Assembly: GCA_037441525.1 (NCBI GenBank)
Contig: JBBISA010000002.1
Span: 75,302-139,301 of the forward strand
Reading direction: 5' to 3'
Length of the DNA stretch: 64,000 nt
Source of the DNA: Bacteroidota bacterium
Lineage (GTDB): Bacteria > Bacteroidota > Bacteroidia > Bacteroidales > UBA7960
In this document: positions 1 through 8,471 of the stretch, piece by piece
Layout: every line of letters begins with the position of its first letter
Position numbering within the stretch: the first letter of the stretch is position 1
Notes under the pieces: generated by a model
The model's input: only the letters and a program-made list of their open reading frames with translations
Databases searched by the model: none
What the model was told of the DNA's origin: nothing
Translations under genes and position numbers: made by a program

Positions 1-1120
1 CTTGTTGGTTTTTCATAACAGCATCAATGTCCTTATAAGCACCCGATGCCTCATCGAGGTCGTTTTGAGTTCTTATGCCATGAATAATGCCCTGCTTATC
101 CAATTTCTTTATTTCGTCTGTTAGGTTTAAGTGGCGTTGCGCCTGCTTTCTGCCCATTAACCTGCCAGCCCCGTGTGAACAACTATTGAAACTTTCGGGA
201 TTTCCTTTGCCAGCCACAATATAACTTTTGGTCCCCTGGCTTCCAGGGATAATGCCGGTGGTACCTTTTTCTGCAAGGGTTGCCCCTTTGCGGTGAATAA
301 CCAGTGTTTCTCCGAAATGAACCTCCTTTGAAGCGTAATTATGCGCAATATTTATGAGCTCCCCGGCTGAAAATCCTGAACCAAAAACACTCTCAAAAAC
401 ATGCTGAATTCTCCACATCATCAGCTTACGGTTGCTGAAGGCAAATTCAATACAATACCTCATTTCCTGCCAATACATTTTACCCTGGACCGAATCAGCT
501 GGAAGCCAGGCAAGCTGAGCTTTTGCCGCAATTTCACTTTTCCAGCTGGCATTTAAATCTATCGCAATTCGGTTGTAATAATCGGCAACCTGTTTTCCAA
601 TATTACGGCTGCCCGAATGAATCATAATCCAGATAAACCCATCACTTCCCTTTTGAATTTCAACAAAGTGGTTGCCTCCACCCAGAGTACCTACCTGGTA
701 GCGGGCATTTTCGTACTCTTTAGCTACCACAGGCATATTATCAGGTTCAATCTCCATTGCAGGCATCAGTGAAGGCTCCTGAATGTTGGTGTGGTGTTTG
801 AATCCAACAGGAATAATCTCTCTGATGCGACTCATAATGGTTTTTAGGGCAGGAGTATCGATATTTTCAAGGGATGTTTTCAACGCACACATCCCGCAGC
901 CTATATCAACACCAACAGCATTGGGTATCACCACGTTTTTTAGTCCTGCCACACCCCCAATTGGCATCCCAAATCCCTGATGACAATCAGGCATAAGTGC
1001 CACATGACTATGGATGAAAGGAAGATTTGCTAGATTAACAGCCTGCTCAAGCGCGCCAGGCTCCAAATCAGAAAGCCAGGCCTTTATGGGTACTCTGCCG
1101 GCATTTATTTCCCTGATCAT
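1..1120 (-). CDS. rtcB: RNA-splicing ligase RtcB (C-terminus cut off by window start)
   Basis: Absent from the ORF track because it runs off the window edge. My minus-strand translation from the ATG (cat at 1118-1120) gives MIREINAGRVPIKAWLSDLEPGALEQA...MPDCHQGFGMPIGGV...LGGGNHFVEIQ...NSCSHGAGRLMGRKQAQ. These are the RtcB metal-binding and active-site His motifs. Confidence 0.9.
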   Translation of the reverse strand, partial: MIREINAGRVPIKAWLSDLEPGALEQAVNLANLPFIHSHVALMPDCHQGFGMPIGGVAGLKNVVIPNAVGVDIGCGMCALKTSLENIDTPALKTIMSRIREIIPVGFKHHTNIQEPSLMPAMEIEPDNMPVVAKEYENARYQVGTLGGGNHFVEIQKGSDGFIWIMIHSGSRNIGKQVADYYNRIAIDLNASWKSEIAAKAQLAWLPADSVQGKMYWQEMRYCIEFAFSNRKLMMWRIQHVFESVFGSGFSAGELINIAHNYASKEVHFGETLVIHRKGATLAEKGTTGIIPGSQGTKSYIVAGKGNPESFNSCSHGAGRLMGRKQAQRHLNLTDEIKKLDKQGIIHGIRTQNDLDEASGAYKDIDAVMKNQQ

Positions 1121-1171
1121 AAAAATTCTGGTTTGATTATGAATACTTAACGGGAAAAAAAGCAGCGGGTT

Positions 1172-1837
1172 TTACAAACGGGCAAGAATTTTCTGGTAAT
1201 CGGAGTCTATATCGAGAGATGATTGAGTGTTTTGTATAATAACGCCTTCATAATCAGGTATAATAGTCGGTGTGAAATTCCAAACTACAGGCACGCCGGC
1301 GCTAATTACCTCCTGTACGGCCTGAAAAGCATTTTCCGGAGTAGTTGCGATCATTGCCATTTTAAGATGCATTTGTCTGACAAAAACAGCCAGCTTGTCC
1401 ATGTTTTGAACTTTTATACCCCATAGTATCTTTCCAACTTTCTCAGGGTCAATGTCAAAGGCTGCTACAATTTTTAACCCACTCCCGGCGATTACTTCAT
1501 TTTTTAGCAGTGAGGTACCCAATCTTCCCACTCCTACCAATAAAACTTCCTTAAACTCTTTTTCGCCAAGCAAAATGTCAATGCAATCTATAAGTGAATC
1601 GATTTCAATATTTGAATCGCGCGATTGATGCCACATAGGGCAGTGTGAAAAATCATCAAAAATTATCTGCTGATCAATGTCAAGGAATTCTGAAATTCTT
1701 GAAATGGTAAGTGTGTTTTTTTGTTTGTATTTCCATAGCCTGAGCACAGGCTGGTAAAGACGAAATCGGGCAATGGTTTCTTCGGGCAATATAACTTGAT
1801 GGGTAGAATTATCTTTCATCGGTTTATTATTGGTCAT
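1172..1837 (-). CDS. rex: Rex-like redox-sensing transcriptional repressor (divergent DNA-binding region)
   Basis: ORF 1172..1951, with the likely start at internal M39 (ATG at 1835-1837, MTNNKPMKD). It has the Rex layout: an N-terminal winged-helix-like part (TIARFRLYQPVLRL...ISRISEFLDID), a Rossmann motif VGVGRLGTSLL, and a C-terminal VPVVWNFTP. Confidence 0.65.
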   Translation of the reverse strand: MTNNKPMKDNSTHQVILPEETIARFRLYQPVLRLWKYKQKNTLTISRISEFLDIDQQIIFDDFSHCPMWHQSRDSNIEIDSLIDCIDILLGEKEFKEVLLVGVGRLGTSLLKNEVIAGSGLKIVAAFDIDPEKVGKILWGIKVQNMDKLAVFVRQMHLKMAMIATTPENAFQAVQEVISAGVPVVWNFTPTIIPDYEGVIIQNTQSSLDIDSDYQKILARL

Positions 1838-2199
1838 AGATCCAGTTTGCTCATATAAATGGTATCGGTTCCCCAAAAAAAGGTTTAAAAAAACCGGTAG
1901 TCGAGATTTTCCTGAAATCAAGACTACCGGAAACCAAAACCAAAAACACACATGAAGAGAAGGGGATATTTGAAGAGTGTTGTTTGTAACAACTTTGCCG
2001 GCAGGAGGAATGATGATTGAGTATCATCGTCTTCAAAAACCTTTTTCTTCTGTTAAAGAACATTACATCCGGCATTTGTAAGACAACCAAAGCGTATGCC
2101 ATAATTGTAAAGTGCCACAAATACAAGTTGTTATTTAATATTTTCAAGACAACAAACATTAAACAGACTTTTGTTTGTCATTAAAAAGTACACATTGTT

Positions 2200-2234
2200 T
2201 GTAATTAATAATTACACTGTAATAATTGATTACA
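2200..2234. promoter_or_regulatory. Candidate operator: two tandem TGTAAT-N5-ATTACA palindromes
   Basis: tgtaatTAATAattaca (2200-2216), then c, then tgtaatAATTGattaca (2218-2234). It lies in the intergenic region between the rex-like gene and ORF 2470. Confidence 0.3.
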
Positions 2235-2469
2235 GTTGGCTTAGGGTTTACTTTTTATGGCAGAGGTAAGGTTTTTCACAAAAATGTCTGAAAATCATCA
2301 TTTATCATATAACCTGGGGGCGAAAACCGACGTATACACCCCTGAATAATCCGGAATTTATTCGTATTGCATTACCAGGAAGGTATCGATTCCTCTCCTG
2401 AATAATTACTATTGCCCAAAACAAACAATTAAATCACTAAAAAAACGAACCTACAAACAAATAGCATTT

Positions 2470-2913
2470 ATGAGAAATTGGGATGTATTTTTTATCGTTA
2501 CCACTTTTATAATAGCTCTTGCGCTGTTTTCCAGTGGCAGAATAGGTTTTGAGAATATGCTCAACGACCTAAAACCGGCAGAAACAATAATTGTGCTCGC
2601 AAAAACCATTGCTGTGGTGGTTGTTGGCACTTTATCCATTGCTATTATGATATTGCTGGTGTTGTTCGACATTGCCATCACACTGTTTTCTGGTGTGGAA
2701 TTTCCTGTTTTAAGATTTTTCTACGATATTGTTTACAGACAGTATTTTCAAGGGTTTTATTGGGATGCACATAGTGGCAGTCATATTTTTCTGGCCTGTA
2801 TAATTCTTTTTGGAATTGGTATAATCAATACCTATATGGGTCCGGTACATAGGAAAAAGACATTTGTTTATCATAAAACAAAGGAAACCAACTACATAAA
2901 CCACCGGAATTAA
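2470..2913 (+). CDS. Hypothetical integral membrane protein
   Basis: 147-aa ORF with about four hydrophobic helices (FFIVTTFIIALALF, VVVVGTLSIAIMILLVLFDIAI, IFLACIILFGIGIINTY). I recognise no family. Confidence 0.45.
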   Translation: MRNWDVFFIVTTFIIALALFSSGRIGFENMLNDLKPAETIIVLAKTIAVVVVGTLSIAIMILLVLFDIAITLFSGVEFPVLRFFYDIVYRQYFQGFYWDAHSGSHIFLACIILFGIGIINTYMGPVHRKKTFVYHKTKETNYINHRN

Positions 2914-2985
2914 ACTTGCTGATAGTCCAGCTTTTCCTGGGTCAGGGTAAAATGTTGAGATTATTTCTTTTAGGTGAGGAAATGA

Positions 2986-4086
2986 TCAGGATTTTTCGTT
3001 GGTGTTTTCGCGATTTCTGAAATGCCTGGAATCACCCCATTCACCGTAACCGATAGTTCCTCCGGCCATGTGAATCCTTGCTTCCAGGCATCTTTTACAC
3101 TCGTCGGCATCTTCGTCGATGCATGGTTTATCTTCATACAACAGATAATCTTCACGATACTTAACAGGGGTTAAGTTGGGCATAATGATGTTTGCCCCCA
3201 CCTTTATGGCTTTTTCTCTTCCCATCGCATCAATTGCCTGCATGGCTGTTGTGGCTGCAATATTAATGTCTTTCATCATAATACGCAGAATGGCAACCAT
3301 TTTCAGGCTGAGGTAAAATCTTTCAATTTTGGGTAAAAGCATTTCCTTATATTGATACATTGGGGTATCTTCATGTTCAATATAAGGACCCATGCCAACC
3401 ATATCGATATCAAAATCGCGAAAAAAGATAAGATCGTCGGCCAAATCGGCAAGGGTTTGAAATGGCAGGCCAATCATTACCCCAGTACCTACCTGAAAAC
3501 CAACCTTGCGAAGCAAATGTAGGCTCTCAACACGGGTATTGTAATCGTGTTTTTTATCGTTGGGATGATACCGTGAGTAAAGCTCGGGATTAGAAACCTC
3601 AATTCTGAGCAGGTAGCGGTGAGCGCCGCTTTCGTACCACAGGCGAAAGGTATCTTCAGTTTGTTCGCCCAAAGAAAGAGTAATGCCCAGTTTCCCGCTG
3701 CTCATATCTTTTATTTTTGAAATGATGGTGGCCATGCGGGTTATAAAACTCTTGTCTGTTCGTTCACCGGCCTGAATTACTATGCTTCCAAACTGATTCT
3801 CCCAGGCATAACGGGCAGCTTCAAGAATTTCTTCTTCAGTTACTTCGTATCGGTTAGTATCCTTGTTTCCAGCCCTTATACCACAATAGAAGCAATTTTT
3901 TCCACACAGATTTGAAAACTCAATCAGGCCACGGTAGTACACCTTGTTGCCAACATATTGCTCCTTTATCTGGGATGATTTGGCAAATAGTTGCTGGCGC
4001 TCTTCACCCTCGGTTTGCAAAAGGTAAATAAGGTCTTCTTTGCTGAAATCAGCCTGTTCAAGTATATCTGAAATTGATTCCGACAT
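2986..4086 (-). CDS. hydE: [FeFe]-hydrogenase H-cluster radical SAM maturase HydE
   Basis: Radical SAM motif CGKNCFYCGIRAGN, BioB/HydE-like length (366 aa from MSESISDILEQ) and a position directly downstream of hydF. The track ORF start at 4185 overlaps the end of hydF, so I prefer the ATG at 4084-4086. Confidence 0.8.
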   Translation of the reverse strand: MSESISDILEQADFSKEDLIYLLQTEGEERQQLFAKSSQIKEQYVGNKVYYRGLIEFSNLCGKNCFYCGIRAGNKDTNRYEVTEEEILEAARYAWENQFGSIVIQAGERTDKSFITRMATIISKIKDMSSGKLGITLSLGEQTEDTFRLWYESGAHRYLLRIEVSNPELYSRYHPNDKKHDYNTRVESLHLLRKVGFQVGTGVMIGLPFQTLADLADDLIFFRDFDIDMVGMGPYIEHEDTPMYQYKEMLLPKIERFYLSLKMVAILRIMMKDINIAATTAMQAIDAMGREKAIKVGANIIMPNLTPVKYREDYLLYEDKPCIDEDADECKRCLEARIHMAGGTIGYGEWGDSRHFRNRENTNEKS

Positions 4087-4117
4087 TATTTCATTGAATT
4101 GATTTCTGCCGGCAAAG

Positions 4118-5344
4118 TTACAAATAATCGTTGGTATTAGCCCCAAACTGAACAAATGGAGCCACGGCCCGGTTGAAGATGCCATGCATCCAGGCTATGG
4201 CCATTCCGTAATTGGTAACGGGTACATGAGCATCCTTAGCTGGTTTGAGCCTGTTTTTTATTTGTTTCGGGGTAATCATGCACCCACCGCATTGTATCAC
4301 AAGCGAATACTCTTTAATGGGTTTAGGTAAATTATTAAAACCGGCCACCACATCATAGTTGAGCTTTTTGCCTGTATAGCTATTCATCCAGCGAGGTATT
4401 TTAACCCTTCCAATATCATCGCAGGCTATATGGTGTGTGCAGCTTTCAAGCAGCAAAATATTGTCGCCATCCTTAAGTTCTGATATTTTAGGAGCCCCCT
4501 TTATATAGCTTTCAAAATCCCCTTTATGGCGAGCCAGCATAATGCTGAAACTGGTAAGAGGAATGTCTTTGGGAATGGCAGCATCGGCTTTGAGAAAAAC
4601 CTGGCTATCGGTTATCACCAGGCTTGGTCGGGGTTGTAAAACATTGATAAGCCAGTCAATTTCACGCTCCTTGGCCACCACACATACACAATCATTGTCA
4701 AGTATGTCTCTTATGGCCTGAACCTGGGGTAGAATCAGCCTGCCTTCAGGGGCTTCAATATCGATGGGGGTAATAAGCAGAACCACATCCCCATACGAAA
4801 GCAAATCGCCAAGTAAGCTGTTTTTCTTCCAGGCACCGGGGGGTATGGTATCTCTTATAATCTGGATAATCTCTTCAAGATTAATCAGTTTTAGTGACGA
4901 AAATTCACAAATAGCGCCTGAAGGAAATTTTGCACCGATTTCGGCCTTTAAATCTTTACTCAGGGTTTGTTCATCAGCTTTATTATGGACAATGATAAAT
5001 GGAATGTCGTTTTCATTGAATTTTTCAATCAGTTCTTCTTCAGGTTTGCCAAAACTATTACCGGCAATTATTAGTATTGCCAAATCTACCTGACTGAGAA
5101 TGCCCAGTGTTTTGGAAACCCTTTTTTCGCCGAGTTCGCCGGTATCGTCAATACCAGCGGTATCAATGAGTATAACAGGACCGATTCCATTAATTTCCAT
5201 CGATTTTTTTACCGGGTCGGTGGTGGTGCCTGCAAAGTTTGACACAATGGCCGTTTCCTGCTGGGTTATGGCATTGATAAAGGAGCTTTTACCGTTGTTT
5301 CTGCGTCCGAATATTCCAATGTGGGGTTTTGCCTCTTTAGCCAT
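4118..5344 (-). CDS. hydF: [FeFe]-hydrogenase maturation GTPase HydF
   Basis: N-terminal GTPase P-loop GIFGRRNNGKSSFINAI, then TTDPV, DTAGID and NKAD G-motifs. C-terminal cysteines (ESCTHH, CGGC) match the HydF cluster-binding domain. Confidence 0.85.
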   Translation of the reverse strand: MAKEAKPHIGIFGRRNNGKSSFINAITQQETAIVSNFAGTTTDPVKKSMEINGIGPVILIDTAGIDDTGELGEKRVSKTLGILSQVDLAILIIAGNSFGKPEEELIEKFNENDIPFIIVHNKADEQTLSKDLKAEIGAKFPSGAICEFSSLKLINLEEIIQIIRDTIPPGAWKKNSLLGDLLSYGDVVLLITPIDIEAPEGRLILPQVQAIRDILDNDCVCVVAKEREIDWLINVLQPRPSLVITDSQVFLKADAAIPKDIPLTSFSIMLARHKGDFESYIKGAPKISELKDGDNILLLESCTHHIACDDIGRVKIPRWMNSYTGKKLNYDVVAGFNNLPKPIKEYSLVIQCGGCMITPKQIKNRLKPAKDAHVPVTNYGMAIAWMHGIFNRAVAPFVQFGANTNDYL

Positions 5345-5396
5345 TTTGGGTAAAAGTTATATTTATTTGATTAGAATGGATTAATACTGTTTGTAA

Positions 5397-6833
5397 CTAA
5401 ATGTCATTTAGCGAGTACCCCAGTTTAAGCAGGTTTTCGGGCGAAAGTATATTGTTAAGTTGACTTTCATCAAGTAATTTCAGTCTCTGGTTAGCCTGGA
5501 AAATATTAAGCTTTTCTTTTTTCATCAAGAATGACAATTCAGAAGCTTTGTTATAGCCGAGCAAAGGAATGAGGGCAGTGGTGATGGTGGGGCTCGAAAA
5601 CAACTTTTGCAGCGCGGCATGGGGGTGTACTGTCAGGCCGGTTATCATATAGTTGAGCATGGAATCATTGGCCTTAATGAGAAGGTGAAGACTTTCAAGC
5701 ATAGCATGGCCTATAACCGGAAGATAGGCATTCAGTTCAAGGCATCCCTGGCCGGCCAGATTACTCACCAATATATCATTGGCATATACCTTTTGAGCAC
5801 AACCAATCACAAATTCATTGATAACAGGGTTTACCTTTCCGGGTATAATACTGCTGCCTGTTTGCCTTTCGGGAAGACTGATATCCGGATTGCCCCACAT
5901 ATCAGATGCCAGCAGCCTAAGGTCGGATGCTATTTTCTCAAGATTAACGGCGTGTGCTTTCAAAATAGCATGGGCTTCTACAAGCGAATCAAGATTTTGC
6001 GTAGAATCGGTGTGGTTTTCACTTCGGGCAAGGGGCAATTGTGTTTGGTTGCGCAACTGGTTGGTAACCTCCATAATAAAATAACGCGGAATGGCCATAC
6101 CTGTTCCGGTTGCACCTCCTCCGAGATTTACGGTTTTTATACGTTCGAAGCACTTGGAAACCCTCCACCAGTCGCGCGAGAGTGCATCGGCCCATGAACT
6201 GAACATCAATCCAAACGACGATGGGATGGATTGTTGCATTTGCGTATAGGCCAGCCTTAACTGCCCGCGCGACTCTTTTTCGTGTGTTTCGAAGGCCGAC
6301 CGATGCTGATTTATGGTGGTTTCAAGAACCAGCAATTGTTTCATTATTGCAACCCTCAGGGCCGTTGGAATTACATCGTTGGTTGACTGAAATACATTGG
6401 CGTGAATAAATGGGTCGATAATATGATAATCACCTGGATGGTGACCCGATTTCTGAAGGGTGGCATTGGCTATAATCTCGTTGATATTCATATTGATAGC
6501 AGTACCAGCCCCTCCCTGTATGGCCGGAACAATAAACTGGTCGAAGTATTTGCCATCGGCAACTTCTGCTGCAGTTTCGGCCAGTTTTTCCATTAATCCC
6601 TGGTCGTCAGCCCCTGCCGGAAGTTTTTTGCCGGGGTATTTTTCTGTGGCTGCCACAATGAAATTGTATGCTGTTGTATAACAAGCCTGTTTCACCACAC
6701 CTACAGCTTTGAACCATTCGAGCGAAAAACGGGTTTGGTTGGTGAAATTCACTGATGCTCTCCATGAATTTATCCCATACAATACTTCGGATGGCAATTG
6801 TACTTCTCCCAAAAAATCTTTTTCAATGCGCAT
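5397..6833 (-). CDS. Aspartate ammonia-lyase / class II fumarase family lyase
   Basis: N-terminus MRIEKDFLGEVQLPSEVLYGINSWRA and SS-loop signature GSSIIPGKVNPV, which is the fumarate-lyase family signature with Ile in place of Met. First gene of the hydF-hydE transcription unit. Confidence 0.8.
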   Translation of the reverse strand: MRIEKDFLGEVQLPSEVLYGINSWRASVNFTNQTRFSLEWFKAVGVVKQACYTTAYNFIVAATEKYPGKKLPAGADDQGLMEKLAETAAEVADGKYFDQFIVPAIQGGAGTAINMNINEIIANATLQKSGHHPGDYHIIDPFIHANVFQSTNDVIPTALRVAIMKQLLVLETTINQHRSAFETHEKESRGQLRLAYTQMQQSIPSSFGLMFSSWADALSRDWWRVSKCFERIKTVNLGGGATGTGMAIPRYFIMEVTNQLRNQTQLPLARSENHTDSTQNLDSLVEAHAILKAHAVNLEKIASDLRLLASDMWGNPDISLPERQTGSSIIPGKVNPVINEFVIGCAQKVYANDILVSNLAGQGCLELNAYLPVIGHAMLESLHLLIKANDSMLNYMITGLTVHPHAALQKLFSSPTITTALIPLLGYNKASELSFLMKKEKLNIFQANQRLKLLDESQLNNILSPENLLKLGYSLNDI

Positions 6834-6889
6834 ATACCATAGGAAATTGGTTAAGAATGGTAAAATTATTCAATTATTGCAAACTATGC

Positions 6890-6916
6890 TTTGGTGCGCC
6901 TATAATTGTAAATTTG
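6890..6916 (+). promoter_or_regulatory. Candidate Bacteroidota promoter (-33 TTTG / -7 TAAATTTG) for the dus-family gene
   Basis: TAAATTTG at 6909-6916 lies 34 nt upstream of the ATG at 6950. TTTG is at 6890-6893. The 15-nt spacing is shorter than the usual 19-21. Confidence 0.3.
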
Positions 6917-6949
6917 CCGTTGATTTGCTTCAGGAAATCTTAAGATTAT

Positions 6950-7963
6950 ATGAGTTTTGAATTGTCACTGGCACCTGTTAAAGGAATTACCGAACGGCTC
7001 TACAGAGATGCCTTTATGGGAAATTTTCCGGGGTTCGATAAAGTGTATGCCCCGTTTATTTCGGGTGTTAACTACGCAAAGGTGAATCTTTCAAAATTTT
7101 CAGATGTGATACCAGCCGGTAATTTACCCTATGAAACAATACCTCAGGTGGTAAGCATCGATGCCGATGAAATTGTTGCTGTTTGTAATGTTCTGTCAAA
7201 TTACGGTTATACTCAGGTAAACTGGAACCTTGGTTGCCCCTTCGCTCAGCTTGCCGAAAAAATGAAGGGTTGCGGCATTTTACCTTATCCTGAAAAAATC
7301 AGAACCATACTCGATAGAGTAATACCCCGGCTCAAGGTGAAACTGTCAGTGAAAACCCGCCTGGGCTACTACGATTGCTATGAACTGGAGCCAGTGATTG
7401 AAATTTTCAATCATTACCCTTTAGCCGGAATAATTCTTCATGCACGCACCGGAAAGCAATTGTACAGCGGCCATGCCAACCCCGAAAGATTTTTGGAGTA
7501 TTACCGCCTGTCAAAGCATCCGATGACCTACAATGGCGATATTATTCATGATGATAAGTTTTTAGGTTTAAAACAGCAACTACCAGAAGTAACCAGCTGG
7601 ATGATTGGCCGGGGAGCCCTTATTGACCCTTTTCTGCCTGGCAGATTAAAAGGGAGATTAATTGCTGATGATGAAAAGAGATTCAGGTTGAAAAAGTTTC
7701 ACGACCAGTTGTTTGAGGGAATCAGAAGTAAAGGTTTTCCTGAACAAAAAACTTTGGGACAAATGAAAGCATTTTGGCATTATCAGGCTGGGATTTTTTC
7801 AGGGGGAAGAGAGTTTTTTAAACAACTGAAAAAAATTCAGGATAGTCAATCTTATCTTAATTTTGTGAATGAAATGATGGCCCATCCATTCGCTCTGCAA
7901 CCTGAAATTGAAGAATACTGGAGTACTGCATTTAATAAAGTTTATTCACCTCAATCGCCATAA
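6950..7963 (+). CDS. tRNA-dihydrouridine synthase family protein
   Basis: 337-aa TIM-barrel-like protein with a Dus-like N-terminus (LAPVKGITERLYRDAF), NLGCPF and IILHARTG motifs. Confidence 0.7.
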   Translation: MSFELSLAPVKGITERLYRDAFMGNFPGFDKVYAPFISGVNYAKVNLSKFSDVIPAGNLPYETIPQVVSIDADEIVAVCNVLSNYGYTQVNWNLGCPFAQLAEKMKGCGILPYPEKIRTILDRVIPRLKVKLSVKTRLGYYDCYELEPVIEIFNHYPLAGIILHARTGKQLYSGHANPERFLEYYRLSKHPMTYNGDIIHDDKFLGLKQQLPEVTSWMIGRGALIDPFLPGRLKGRLIADDEKRFRLKKFHDQLFEGIRSKGFPEQKTLGQMKAFWHYQAGIFSGGREFFKQLKKIQDSQSYLNFVNEMMAHPFALQPEIEEYWSTAFNKVYSPQSP

Positions 7964-8001
7964 TAATATATTGTTTAACAGCTAATTAATTTTAAAAAAA
8001 A

Positions 8002-8418
8002 ATGAAAACACGAATTCTTCTTACCATTACTGTTTTATTCCTGCTAAGCTTGGGAAAACTTTCAGCACAACGCGGATACACCGATTTAAAAACCGAAGAA
8101 AACATAAAGATTATGTACCGCTGGCATAATGTTACCCCAACCGATAAAAATAGTGATGCGGTGCTGAATCTCAGGGTCACCAATGAAAACAATTATGCCG
8201 TGAAATGGACATTTACAGTGGTATTCTTGTCTGATAAAATGGCCCGCCACGAAAGTGAAACATCTTCGGTATGCATGAAACCCGGACAAAGTCTCAGAGG
8301 TGGTATTGCAGGATTAAGGTTCACTGCCCCTGGATTGAAGCTTGAAGAAGTTCAGTCTGCTTCATTCACCTGGGAATTTGGCGATTTTGAGGTGGAGAGA
8401 GTGGAGGGCTGTCGATAA
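8002..8418 (+). CDS. Hypothetical secreted protein
   Basis: Signal peptide MKTRILLTITVLFLLSLGKLSAQ. No recognisable domain. Confidence 0.5.
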   Translation: MKTRILLTITVLFLLSLGKLSAQRGYTDLKTEENIKIMYRWHNVTPTDKNSDAVLNLRVTNENNYAVKWTFTVVFLSDKMARHESETSSVCMKPGQSLRGGIAGLRFTAPGLKLEEVQSASFTWEFGDFEVERVEGCR

Positions 8419-8471
8419 CCATCCAATTTCACCGGACAACACTTATCAATACACATCAAATTCTGTTTTTC

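Noticed and set aside
1851-2159. A 102-aa minus-strand ORF upstream of the rex-like gene.
   Set aside because: It overlaps the extended, probably non-coding 5-prime part of ORF 1172..1951. The translation has no motifs and odd composition, and no plausible start context is visible.
5607-6197. A 196-aa plus-strand ORF and other long antisense ORFs (for example 9423..9965, 29761..30231, 50050..50526 and 53451..54005).
   Set aside because: Each lies fully antisense to, or out of frame within, a gene with strong family motifs (lyase, hutU, hybrid kinase, coaBC, recN/fabI). Their translations are low-complexity or motif-free. They look like typical shadow ORFs.
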